From assembly GCA_020353515.1 (NCBI GenBank), contig CP070695.1, forward strand, positions 1,399,637 through 1,463,636: DNA of 64,000 bases. Reading direction: 5' to 3'. The stretch comes from Candidatus Heimdallarchaeota archaeon. GTDB lineage: Archaea > Asgardarchaeota > Heimdallarchaeia > Hodarchaeales > Hodarchaeaceae. Positions within the stretch are counted from its first letter, which is position 1, and the number at the start of each line of letters is the position of its first letter. The notes under the pieces were generated by a model. That model worked only from the letters and a program-made list of their open reading frames with translations. It had not been told where the DNA came from and did not search any database. Below, in pieces: positions 1-9,772 of the stretch. The position numbers were made by a program, and so were the translations under genes.

Positions 1-1627
1 GAATATTGACTAGTCCATTGAGAGTTTCTCCACCATTAGGAAACTTTATTATTGGTTTTGAGAACCAATGAATTCGAGATGGATAGGGAAAAGCCAAAGG
101 ATAGTAATCTTGATTATCTGAAGAACCATCAATAGAATATGGTTCATCAACGAAATTATCACTATTTATATCTGGCTCTATCCAGTCATTCCAGAAATTT
201 TTTATGAAAGTATTATCTGATCCACTGTCACTAGCCTGAGATATCTCATTATCGTTATTAATAAAATTATTCTGGTCAATTATATTAAAACTCGACGAAG
301 AATGAATTATTATACCAAAGTCAGAACTATTTAAGATAATATTACCAGTGATGAGATTACTACTAGAGTTTGTTATAGAAATTCCGTATAAATTTTGGTT
401 GATAACATTTTCAGTAATACTATTATAATTTGCTTCCTCGAATAAGAATATACCAGCTTGTTTGTTTTTGAAGATGGTATTATTTATAATAAAATTTTGA
501 TCCCATGAAGTTTCTATAGAGATTCCATTTATTCCATTATTAGATACATTATTGGATTTGATGGTATTGTTTCTCGATGGTAAGTAATTTCCTAGATCAA
601 ATACTAAGGTAATACCAGATCCAGTGTTGTTGCAGACAATATTATTTGTAATGGTATTATCATTCGCTCCCTCAACAGTAATTCCATCTTGGAGATTATT
701 GAAAACAAAATTCTCTGAAATCTTATTTTCATATGAGTACCTAACCGAAATTCCCCAGTTCTTATTTCTAAAGAAAGTGTTGCTAGTTATGGTATTATTA
801 TAACAATAATTTTCTATGCAAATCCCGTGACTATTATTGGAAGCTATGTTATTAACAATTAAATTATTATGAGCTGAACTCCATAAAAAGATTCCGTGCC
901 AATTTGAACTGATTAATGTATTATTGATGATCTCATTATCATAAGCTTCATAACTGATTAAGATTGCACTCCACTTGATAGAATTAAAAACCGTATTGTT
1001 AATAACTTGGTTTTTATAAGCTGATCTTGAAATTCCAATGCCAGCTGCATTATCGTATAACTTATTATTGATGATCGTGAGATCATTAGAAGAATATCTG
1101 ACAAAGATTCCGTAGCCATCATTATTGTAAATAGTATTTTTCGATATAATCCCATGAGTGACATTATCGAGATAAATACCACCCAAGGATTCATTCAAAC
1201 CATTTAATATATTGTTAGTAATGATGAACCAATCTATTGTATTTTTAATTTCAATTAAGTAACCCATTCTACTGGTGATATTTAATCCCTCAATTACGAA
1301 CGGGTTATTCAAGGTTCCTGATCCATTAAATCCTAGGGAGTTAAAATCACTATTCTCATCAATGATAATTGGGCTAGATGGTTTATATTGGTTTGAGATT
1401 AGTGGTTTATAGAATGAAGTGTGTCTTTGGAAAATAGGGTTATCGTTATTAGAAATATGTTCTTGATGGGTCAATCCCTTTTTGATGATATGCGAATCTG
1501 AATAATGAATGTCCACTTGTTCGAATGTATGCTGTGATTTAGAGACCTTTTCACAAGAAAAATTAAAGGTTATGGTAAGCACAATCAGGCCTACAGAAAT
1601 GAGTTTCCAAACCACTTTGACCATCAT
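1..1627 (-). CDS. Secreted parallel beta-helix (NosD/PbH1-repeat) protein with Ig-like domain, partial (3' end runs off window)
   Basis: Not in ORF track because the stop lies outside the window. Manual translation from ATG at 1627: MMVKVVWKLISVGLIVLTITF (signal peptide), SPIIIDENSDF..GSGTLNNPFVIEGL, many N/I-rich 'NxIxxN..GI' repeats, then FPNGGETLNG near the window edge. Confidence 0.8.
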   Translation of the reverse strand, partial: MMVKVVWKLISVGLIVLTITFNFSCEKVSKSQHTFEQVDIHYSDSHIIKKGLTHQEHISNNDNPIFQRHTSFYKPLISNQYKPSSPIIIDENSDFNSLGFNGSGTLNNPFVIEGLNITSRMGYLIEIKNTIDWFIITNNILNGLNESLGGIYLDNVTHGIISKNTIYNNDGYGIFVRYSSNDLTIINNKLYDNAAGIGISRSAYKNQVINNTVFNSIKWSAILISYEAYDNEIINNTLISSNWHGIFLWSSAHNNLIVNNIASNNSHGICIENYCYNNTITSNTFFRNKNWGISVRYSYENKISENFVFNNLQDGITVEGANDNTITNNIVCNNTGSGITLVFDLGNYLPSRNNTIKSNNVSNNGINGISIETSWDQNFIINNTIFKNKQAGIFLFEEANYNSITENVINQNLYGISITNSSSNLITGNIILNSSDFGIIIHSSSSFNIIDQNNFINNDNEISQASDSGSDNTFIKNFWNDWIEPDINSDNFVDEPYSIDGSSDNQDYYPLAFPYPSRIHWFSKPIIKFPNGGETLNGLVNI

Positions 1628-2100
1628 CCATACTTTTTCAATTCTCTTTTCAATTTATCTTATAACAAATCAGGTTGAATAGGGATATAAGATTATTCAG
1701 TTTTTTATAAAATTTTTTATTTCTTAAATTCTTTATTTGTACCTCAAAGTATGAATTTAAAAGATCTTACTTTTCGCAGTTCTTTATATCCTGTCTCACA
1801 ATAATCCGTCAATTAAGTTAATGTATCTCTTCTTATGTTCTATATCAATTCTAAGAGCCGGAATTTAGAAATTTAGAGTATACACAGTAGGTTCCACACT
1901 TGATGGGTTGATGGTTTTGATTTGGTATATAAGAACTAAACTTCGTGCTATTCCAGATAAATATTCAAAAAACGGAAGTTTAATACTAGTCATTGTAAAT
2001 ATCCCTAATCACCATTATAGTCATTTGTGATATGTCGAATCTAATCTATAGAGACCTGAAGATTATCAAATGCCATTTTAGCATCGAGATGATAGGAAAA

Positions 2101-3051
2101 ATGATGAAAATTCTTATAGCGGATTCAATCGCAGCTTCAGCAATAGCAGAATTACAAAAAGAGTTTGAGGTAACGAACCAGCACTACTCCCCCGCGGAAT
2201 TGTTAACAGAAATAGACAAATATCACGCAATCATCGTCCGTAGTGCCACAAAGCTGCCTCGGGAGGTCATTGAGAAAGGAACCCAGCTGAAAGTGATTGG
2301 TCGAGCTGGAATTGGTGTCGATAACATTGATGTCCAAGCAGCTACAGAGAAAGGGATATATGTTGTAAACTCCCCGCGTGCTTCTACAATATCTGTTGCG
2401 GAAATGACAATAGCATTTATTCTCGCTCTGAGTAGAAAAATTATCCAAGCTTCCAGTCGAACTAAAAGAGGTGAATGGCCAAAAAATCAGCTTATGGGGA
2501 TGGAATTATTTGACAAAACATTGGGTTTTGTTGGTTGTGGGCGTATAGGAGCCGAGGTTGTGAAAAGAGCGAAAGCTTTTGGGATGAAATGTCTGGTTTA
2601 TGACCCGTATCTTCCTGGTGAAGTTTTTCAGAAGATAGGAGCGGAAAAAACAGAAGATCTTAACCGAGTATTGCAGGATTCTGATTTTGTCACTATCCAC
2701 GCCTTGTTAACTGATGAAACTCGTGGTATGATTAGTAAGGAGGAATTGGATCAAATGAAGCCATCTGCATTCATCATAAATTGTGCACGGGGAGGCATTA
2801 TCGATGAAGAAGCCCTCTATAACGCGCTAAAGGAAAATAAGATAGCAGGCGCGGCTCTCGATGTCTTTGCTGTAGAACCAATGAAAAATAATAAATTGTT
2901 TGAGCTCGAAAATGTATATGTCTCTCCTCACATAAGCGCCTCAACAAAGGAAGCACAAGAAAGAGCAGGGCAAATAACAGCTCAACAGGTTAAATTAGTA
3001 CTGAATGGTCAAAAACCTGAATTCTCTGTTAATGCTAACCAGTTGGAATGA
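2101..3051 (+). CDS. serA: D-2-hydroxyacid dehydrogenase / D-3-phosphoglycerate dehydrogenase-like (no ACT domain)
   Basis: GRAGIGVDNID, GFVGCGRIG NAD-binding motif, INCARGGIIDE, ALDVF, SPHI. ORF track starts at 2032; MMKILIAD at 2101 is the likelier start. Confidence 0.8.
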   Translation: MMKILIADSIAASAIAELQKEFEVTNQHYSPAELLTEIDKYHAIIVRSATKLPREVIEKGTQLKVIGRAGIGVDNIDVQAATEKGIYVVNSPRASTISVAEMTIAFILALSRKIIQASSRTKRGEWPKNQLMGMELFDKTLGFVGCGRIGAEVVKRAKAFGMKCLVYDPYLPGEVFQKIGAEKTEDLNRVLQDSDFVTIHALLTDETRGMISKEELDQMKPSAFIINCARGGIIDEEALYNALKENKIAGAALDVFAVEPMKNNKLFELENVYVSPHISASTKEAQERAGQITAQQVKLVLNGQKPEFSVNANQLE

Positions 3052-3557
3052 AATTCGGAAGCATATCTATGGTTGACAGATCCACTAAAGAACCGAAAAA
3101 GAAATCACGGAAGAAATCCTCTTTAGAGACATTTGCGATAAATCAGAACATATCGGTTGATGAAATCCGAGAAAAATTTCCAGCGTTATACTCTGAGCTT
3201 ACCAATAAGAAGATGAGTATGAGGATAGATGAAGTTGAGGATGAATCAGAATCTCATTCATCAAGAGAGGATGAGAGACAATCTTTCGATCCTTTTAGTA
3301 ATTATGAACCCAATATTTTTGATTTTCTCGCAAGGGCACGAACCAATAAGGAAGGTCTAGATGTCGTTGACTTTTTATCTAAACAAGGTCAAATTTCAGC
3401 GAAAACCGCAAAAGAGCTAACCGAAAAAATCAAAACTTTAGGTATACGATGTTTTGGCCCTGAACGGCCTGCTGATTACTACTACAGAAAATCTGAAGAA
3501 ATTAGAACAAAGAAAATTATTCAAAAAAGGTATCCCTCTCATAAAGATGATGAATGA
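3048..3557 (+). CDS. DUF2095-like archaeal protein
   Basis: KFPALYSEL...YEPNIFDFLARARTNKEGLDVVDFLSKQGQIS...GIRCFG..YY pattern; ATGA overlap with upstream stop. Confidence 0.6.
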   Translation: MKFGSISMVDRSTKEPKKKSRKKSSLETFAINQNISVDEIREKFPALYSELTNKKMSMRIDEVEDESESHSSREDERQSFDPFSNYEPNIFDFLARARTNKEGLDVVDFLSKQGQISAKTAKELTEKIKTLGIRCFGPERPADYYYRKSEEIRTKKIIQKRYPSHKDDE

Positions 3558-3567
3558 GACACTACTT

Positions 3568-4767
3568 TTAAGCAGCAGCTACTATCTTAACTACATCACC
3601 AAATTGGAGCTCGTGTTTTTCAGAAATCCGACGATTCGTACGAGCATCAATACCATGAATAAAGTTCTTAAAGAGATCCTGATGGATTAATCCAGCAAAT
3701 TCTTTAATTGTTGTCCCTTTTTTAACAAGAAATACATCAGGGAGAACTTTCCCTTCATTATCACTAAAATGACTCACATCGGCCACAGGATAAATTGGTT
3801 GCAGCTGTAAAACAGTAAAAACAGCTTTATTTAATGTTTCAAAAATACCAGTAGTTCTGTACGGCTTTAAAATCTCTGTTTGTATTTGAGTTACAATGGA
3901 TTCCTCTTTTGAGGAAAGATTCCCAATGAGATTCAAACGGCCACTGGCTGAGACATATTCTACTTTCTCTTGTTTAACAAGATTTCGGAGTACAATATCA
4001 GTGAGCGCCGAGGTAGGTACAATTATTTCTCCGAATTCATGTTTTAAACGTTCATAATTATCCTTTGAAGTAGGACGATCAATTTTGTTTGCTGCAATGA
4101 TTATTGGTTTTCCAATTTTGCGTATTTCGTGACATAGCTTTAATAAATCGTCTTCGGTCCAATTTTTTACTATAGAAGGGTCTAAATTGGCTGCATTTAT
4201 AGCTTTCATTATACTAATTCTTGAAATTTTCAATCCTGTCATTTTTTCGGTAATAAAATCGACAATGTTCCTTTTCTCTGTGTCTGCTTTCCGTACAGCG
4301 CGTTCCCAATCCTTTTTTAAGATTCCACGCATCCATGCAGCAATTTCATTCTCTAGAAACACTATATCTTTCGTTGGATCGTGAGTTCCAGGATCAACGG
4401 TTTCCCCTTCCTCATTCAGAGATCCTGAGATATCAACCACATGAATAAGAATATCAGCTTGAGCAAGATCGGATAAGAACTGATTTCCCATTCCTTTTCC
4501 TTCATGAGCTCCTGGAACCAATCCAGCTACATCAATTATCTTGATAGGTATTTTCCGAACTCTATCAATACATTCTGAATTTCGTGGATTACAAGTTACA
4601 TTAAGTTCTTGACAGATACATGGTGTGGTGACATACCCCACTCCTTGGTTTGCTTGAATTGTGGTAAAAGGATAATCAGCAGTCTTTGCTGATGTACCAC
4701 AGAGAGCATTTAGAAAAGTAGTTTTACCCGATGATGGTTTTCCAACAATGCCTATTAGAATAGACAT
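3568..4767 (-). CDS. ychF: YchF/OLA1 family translation-associated ATPase/GTPase with C-terminal TGS domain
   Basis: GKPSSGKTT, YPFTTI, DVAGLVPGAHEGKGMGNQFL, ANKID, TGS-like tail; archaeal Cys-rich insert CxC..C..C. Confidence 0.92.
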   Translation of the reverse strand: MSILIGIVGKPSSGKTTFLNALCGTSAKTADYPFTTIQANQGVGYVTTPCICQELNVTCNPRNSECIDRVRKIPIKIIDVAGLVPGAHEGKGMGNQFLSDLAQADILIHVVDISGSLNEEGETVDPGTHDPTKDIVFLENEIAAWMRGILKKDWERAVRKADTEKRNIVDFITEKMTGLKISRISIMKAINAANLDPSIVKNWTEDDLLKLCHEIRKIGKPIIIAANKIDRPTSKDNYERLKHEFGEIIVPTSALTDIVLRNLVKQEKVEYVSASGRLNLIGNLSSKEESIVTQIQTEILKPYRTTGIFETLNKAVFTVLQLQPIYPVADVSHFSDNEGKVLPDVFLVKKGTTIKEFAGLIHQDLFKNFIHGIDARTNRRISEKHELQFGDVVKIVAAA

Positions 4768-4973
4768 ATTCCAAACTCCAATAATCCGAATATTTCTTAT
4801 TTCAAGTATTGAAAATCTGTTTAACCTTAAAACTTGACACAGTGAATTATCATTTTAATATTTCTAATTATATTAAAAAATATCTTTCTATCATCTTTTG
4901 TCTAAACATGAAACTTTTTATTCTTTCAATAAAAGTTAAATTCAAGTAGTATTATCCGACCGTAGCTACATTT

Positions 4974-6722
4974 GTGTTTGAAATGAAAAGAATAGAATTT
5001 CCCGCTGAGCTGGCGATTTTTGCTGATCGCATTAGTGATCATTGGATCAATTTAATAACAACTGCTATTGTAAAAATTCAGGAGAAAGATTCTATTCCGA
5101 AGCTCGATGACTGGTATTTTGTTATTCGTAATCTTCTTGAAAAAGAAGAAAAACCTCCAAGCATACTTTGGGCTTTATGCTCGAAAATAGCCTGGATTCA
5201 GGCCGATATAGAATTTTTCATTAATAAATCCGATTTCCTAATCAAAGAAGCTGATACTCAATCTGATTCCCTATTACTTTCGTATACTGGAGCAGGAATA
5301 ACAGAGTTTGTCAATTCTGATCATGGCATCACAATTATTGGGAAGGGGTTTTCTCAATTAGAAGCTTCTAAAGATTGGCCTGCATTATTTGACGTTGTTA
5401 CGCCATATATGCTTTTACTAAGTAATTTAAATAGAATAACTACTCTTAAAGATGTCTACTCCACAATTAAGCGAATTTTTGAGGATGTTCTCGACTCTAA
5501 TTCGAATTATCAACACCTTTTTCTCCCCGCACAATCTTTTGCATTCAAAAAAAGCATCGAAGAAGCCCAAATTGATCTTTCAGACTCTATCAAAATAGTG
5601 GAGCAATCGCAACATCATCTGAATACAGGCCTCTTATACACTTTAGTGTCGCATAAAGAAGAAGGAGATGTTTTTAAGCGCCATTTAGAAGCCGCTATTC
5701 GAGAATATCAGCTAATCAATGCTAATAACCGCTTGATCATAGCCTATACAAATTTTGCATCTTATTATGCATCTAAGGCAAAACATGATGAGGCTTCTGA
5801 ATATTTATCTAAAGCTTTTTCCTTAACAGCATTACTGAGTAAAAAATTCGATGGTGGACTGTCTGTCTATCCATTAATTCAAAAAGCCTGGTTACTTGTT
5901 GAACAAGGTCAATTGCAAGAGGCAAAAAAAAGTTTTAAACTCGTTCTTGAGAAAGCTAAAACCTTTTGCTGCTCTCTTTACCAGATTAAAGTAGAATTTG
6001 GGCTTGCTTATGTTTTATTCCTTGAGTCACAGGATGATCTCGCGTTAACTCACGCAAAAACAGCTCTTTCAATTGTTGAGGAATCAGAATCAAAAGATCC
6101 CCAATTCCAAAATGATTTTCATCTGAAATATGCTGAATTGCTTATTGATCTGAATAAAGTGGATGAAATACCTAGTATTTTCGAGACTATAGATTCTAAT
6201 AATCTGAGGAGCTGTTCAAAAGCTTATTATCATTATATCAAAGGGAAATACGAGTTCCACATTCATAATATTGGTATTGCAAAGACTTCTCTGGAAGATG
6301 CAATGAAGTTTATAGATGATTGTCCTGATTTTCGATCAACTCTTCTTTACACTCAAGCTGAAATTTATCTGAATGAGTATAGGCTTTCTGAGGATCCTAA
6401 AGTACTTCTGGAAGCACAAAATATGATAAATGAAAGTTTAGAGAAGCTCAAAGGGGTTCCTGAGCGTACTAAAGGCCAATGTCTTTTAGCAATCATGCTT
6501 TCAGCTCAAGGACGGAATGAAGAAGCTGAAGAACTTCTTGAGACCCTTACAACTGATTCCTCGAAGTCTATCCCACGATTTCGAATCTTAGCAGAGAAGT
6601 TGTTGGATAATATTCATAAAAGCCGTGTTGGAAGTACACCTCTTTCTCCCATTACAAATATTAGAGATGCACTCAGATATCTTCGGGACGCAAAAACATT
6701 AATTGACTCTCAATCCCGATGA
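4974..6722 (+). CDS. TPR-repeat (alpha-solenoid) protein
   Basis: Repeated helical units such as AYTNFASYY..EASEYLSKA, AWLLVEQGQLQEAKKSF, LSAQGRNEEAEELL. Confidence 0.65.
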   Translation: MFEMKRIEFPAELAIFADRISDHWINLITTAIVKIQEKDSIPKLDDWYFVIRNLLEKEEKPPSILWALCSKIAWIQADIEFFINKSDFLIKEADTQSDSLLLSYTGAGITEFVNSDHGITIIGKGFSQLEASKDWPALFDVVTPYMLLLSNLNRITTLKDVYSTIKRIFEDVLDSNSNYQHLFLPAQSFAFKKSIEEAQIDLSDSIKIVEQSQHHLNTGLLYTLVSHKEEGDVFKRHLEAAIREYQLINANNRLIIAYTNFASYYASKAKHDEASEYLSKAFSLTALLSKKFDGGLSVYPLIQKAWLLVEQGQLQEAKKSFKLVLEKAKTFCCSLYQIKVEFGLAYVLFLESQDDLALTHAKTALSIVEESESKDPQFQNDFHLKYAELLIDLNKVDEIPSIFETIDSNNLRSCSKAYYHYIKGKYEFHIHNIGIAKTSLEDAMKFIDDCPDFRSTLLYTQAEIYLNEYRLSEDPKVLLEAQNMINESLEKLKGVPERTKGQCLLAIMLSAQGRNEEAEELLETLTTDSSKSIPRFRILAEKLLDNIHKSRVGSTPLSPITNIRDALRYLRDAKTLIDSQSR

Positions 6723-6769
6723 TCCAAAGGTTTTAGATTCTTCCTCTCCCTCTATAAAGGTAATGATCC

Positions 6770-8230
6770 CTAACGGCAATAATATGCAAGATAGTAGTCT
6801 ATTGGTTCCATGTCAAAGTTTTTTTTCCAGCTCTGATAAGACCCTCCATCATTTGCAATATCAGTCATGATTGGCGTTAATTCTCGACCCCCAATTGAGA
6901 GAATAGCTTGTATTGCTGCCCAATGAACCGGAAATGATTTAAAACGAATTGTTTTGCCTAAATTCTTTTTCAAGATATTGAATCCTTCTTGGATTTCTTT
7001 GTAATTGACACATTTGTCTACCAGCTTTGTACCACGCTTAGGAATGAGAGGTGTTACTGACATTGTTAATTTTATAGGATAAAAATCAGCTAAGTTGTTA
7101 ACAAGATTCACTATTTCTTGCGATTCTGAGACAATTCCAGAGGTCAAACCAAGAATAAAATAGAGTCTTATCTCTTGGATATTATATAGATCAGCTTTAT
7201 GGAGAAACTCAGAGATTTGGGAGTTGCTTATTTTTTTCCCAATTTTGAATCGGACATCTTCTAATGCTGTCTCTGGAGCAATACTAAGACTTCTTAATCC
7301 AGTTTGTTTGATTGAATCGAGAACATCAATTCCTGAATCAATTCTGATACTTGGAAGGGTGAACTTCAGTTTTTTCTTAATAAAATAATCCAGTAACCCC
7401 TTAAGTTGACTATAATCAGCGACGCTTGAACCAATGAGAGAAAAAAATTCTGTTTTTGTATCTAGAGTTCCTCTATCTATCAAATTCTTCAGCATTGGAA
7501 GAGATCTTTCCCTTTGTGGACGAAAGTACTTTCCAATTAAACAAAAGTGACATCCATGAGTACATCCTCTTGAAATTTGAAGAAAATAACCGTCTAATAC
7601 CCCTTTTTTCAGAGGCTTTATAGGCCGAACTTGAGCTGTAGGATAGTTAACCTCGTCAAGATTTGATGTTATTCCTGGCGACAGTTGATAAAATGTGTCA
7701 GGAGTATAAAAACCTGGAACTGATAGAATAGAATCCGATAATATACCATTTTTACTTGAGATAACCGCCTCAAGAAAAATTTCCGCGACTGATTCAAATT
7801 CACCAGAGAAAAAAACATCAAATATATCAAATAACGGTTCAGGATTAGCAGTAACCGTGGGTCCTCCAGCTAATAGTAAAGGATGATCTTCCATCCGATC
7901 TTCTGCAAATACAGGGATGCCAGATCGGAGTAACATCTTGATGGCATTAATGTAATCTAGCTCAAATTGAAAAGTAAAAGCTAGAAGATCAAATTGCGAG
8001 AGGATCTTTCCAGTTTCTATTGATTTTGGAGGCCCAGGAAGGGTTTCTGAGAAGAAAACTCGTTCTACAAAGATATTTTGATGCTGATTAAGGAGATGAT
8101 ACAACAGTTTAATTGTTAATCCTGACATTCCTACGGAATATGAGTTTGGGTACACTAATCCAATACGCCACTGTACATCCCGAGTCGGTTTTTCTATCAC
8201 ATTTATTTCTTTGAGACGACTCTTTCTCAT
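6770..8230 (-). CDS. Radical SAM protein with B12-binding-like N-terminal domain (COG1032-type)
   Basis: YPNSYSVGMSGL, AGGPTVTANPEP, RGCTHGCHFC (CxxxCxxC), IAPET, YFILG. Confidence 0.85.
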   Translation of the reverse strand: MRKSRLKEINVIEKPTRDVQWRIGLVYPNSYSVGMSGLTIKLLYHLLNQHQNIFVERVFFSETLPGPPKSIETGKILSQFDLLAFTFQFELDYINAIKMLLRSGIPVFAEDRMEDHPLLLAGGPTVTANPEPLFDIFDVFFSGEFESVAEIFLEAVISSKNGILSDSILSVPGFYTPDTFYQLSPGITSNLDEVNYPTAQVRPIKPLKKGVLDGYFLQISRGCTHGCHFCLIGKYFRPQRERSLPMLKNLIDRGTLDTKTEFFSLIGSSVADYSQLKGLLDYFIKKKLKFTLPSIRIDSGIDVLDSIKQTGLRSLSIAPETALEDVRFKIGKKISNSQISEFLHKADLYNIQEIRLYFILGLTSGIVSESQEIVNLVNNLADFYPIKLTMSVTPLIPKRGTKLVDKCVNYKEIQEGFNILKKNLGKTIRFKSFPVHWAAIQAILSIGGRELTPIMTDIANDGGSYQSWKKNFDMEPIDYYLAYYCR

Positions 8231-8248
8231 ACTCCTTCGTACCTTAAA

Positions 8249-9517
8249 TTACTTAAGAGATTTTTGAACAAGTCCTTTCTGGGGGTCATAATAAAGTAAA
8301 GTGTTGGGAGGAACGTCTTGATTGAGTAAAGTATGAGCTCCAATTTGTGAATTTTCTCCTATAGTGATTCCAGGCATTAAAGACACGTTGATTCCAGTTT
8401 TGACATTATCCCCCATAAAAATACCAAGTTTCTGTTTTCCAGAAGAGATTCGTTCACCTTTGATTGTCATAAAAATGCTTTTCTTATCAATTCTTAGATT
8501 CGCTACTTTGGTTCCAGCACCAAAATTACAATCTCTTCCAATAACTGAGTCTCCTACGTAGGAAAGATGACCGATTATTGTATTTTCAAGTATGATACTA
8601 TTCTTAATCTCAACAGCATTTCCTATACGAACATTTTCCCCCAAGTATGTACCTGATCGGAGAAAGCAATTAGGTCCTACGGTGACATTTTCCTCAATAA
8701 CAACTGGGCCTTGAATGAATGTACCTGGGCGTAGTATCACATTTTCTGCGATTTTGCATACCCCTTCTACTGTTACAGATGAAGGAGGAGTAATTTTAGG
8801 GAAATCTTGTATTTTCATTCCAATCTCATTTGCAGTTAACAGATCCCAAGGATACCCAATATCAATCCAGTGATCTTTGATGTAGTATAGAGCAAAAATA
8901 TAGCCATTCTGAATAAGCTGATTTATACTATCTGTAAGTTCGATCTCTCCCCGACTTGATTTTGGAGTATGGGTTAAATAATCAAAAACTGTTGAAGGTA
9001 AAACCATCATTCCTGCATTAATGTAAGAGCTTGGAGGTTGGGGATGTTTCTCAAGGATCTTAACTAAATAATCTTTTTTAATTTCAAGACACCCATATTT
9101 TTCAGGGTTTATTACCTTTTTTGCTGAAAAAATTCCCTTTCTTTGATCATTTGTTTGTCCTAATTGTATAATTTCGTTGATTACCTGTTGACTCGTAAAA
9201 ATATCACCATACATCATGAAAAACGAGTCAGAATCAATATATTGTTCACAGAGTTTCACTGCGTGGCCAGTTCCCTGCTGCTCCTCTTGGGTAACCCAAT
9301 CAATTGTGAAGGGGTAGTTTATTTGATTAATTGTATCCTTAACTAAATCCGCTTCATGACCAATAACAATGACTACGTGATCTATTTTTCTCGATAATGC
9401 GCCCAGAATATGACAGATTAAAGGGGAACCTGCTATCGGCATTAAAGGTTTAGGAATACTTTTTGTAACTGGATGAAGACGGGTAGCTTTACCAGCCGTG
9501 AGGATTATTGCGTCCAT
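8249..9517 (-). CDS. glmU: Archaeal bifunctional sugar-1-phosphate nucleotidyltransferase/acetyltransferase (GlmU-type)
   Basis: ILTAGKATRLHP..PKPL, GTGHA, RGEIELTD, hexapeptide repeats, HLSYVGDS, NFGAGT. Confidence 0.85.
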   Translation of the reverse strand: MDAIILTAGKATRLHPVTKSIPKPLMPIAGSPLICHILGALSRKIDHVVIVIGHEADLVKDTINQINYPFTIDWVTQEEQQGTGHAVKLCEQYIDSDSFFMMYGDIFTSQQVINEIIQLGQTNDQRKGIFSAKKVINPEKYGCLEIKKDYLVKILEKHPQPPSSYINAGMMVLPSTVFDYLTHTPKSSRGEIELTDSINQLIQNGYIFALYYIKDHWIDIGYPWDLLTANEIGMKIQDFPKITPPSSVTVEGVCKIAENVILRPGTFIQGPVVIEENVTVGPNCFLRSGTYLGENVRIGNAVEIKNSIILENTIIGHLSYVGDSVIGRDCNFGAGTKVANLRIDKKSIFMTIKGERISSGKQKLGIFMGDNVKTGINVSLMPGITIGENSQIGAHTLLNQDVPPNTLLYYDPQKGLVQKSLK

Positions 9518-9772
9518 TCAATTTCCCTCAATAATGTCCTGTAACGAAGTTTCTAGTCAAAAAATCTAGGAAATAAAACCCAAATTAAAAATTTTTACCT
9601 TTTTACAGCTTTGTTAGTATAGAAATTAGAAACTTTCATAATGGTACTCAAATGATTTATTTGGATTTATTTTATATCTTGACAGAGATAAAGAATTCTT
9701 CCATCAATCCAATAAGTTCCTCTTTCTTAATCATTCAGATAAATCTTGTTAATCAGTCGGATGCGACCGATT

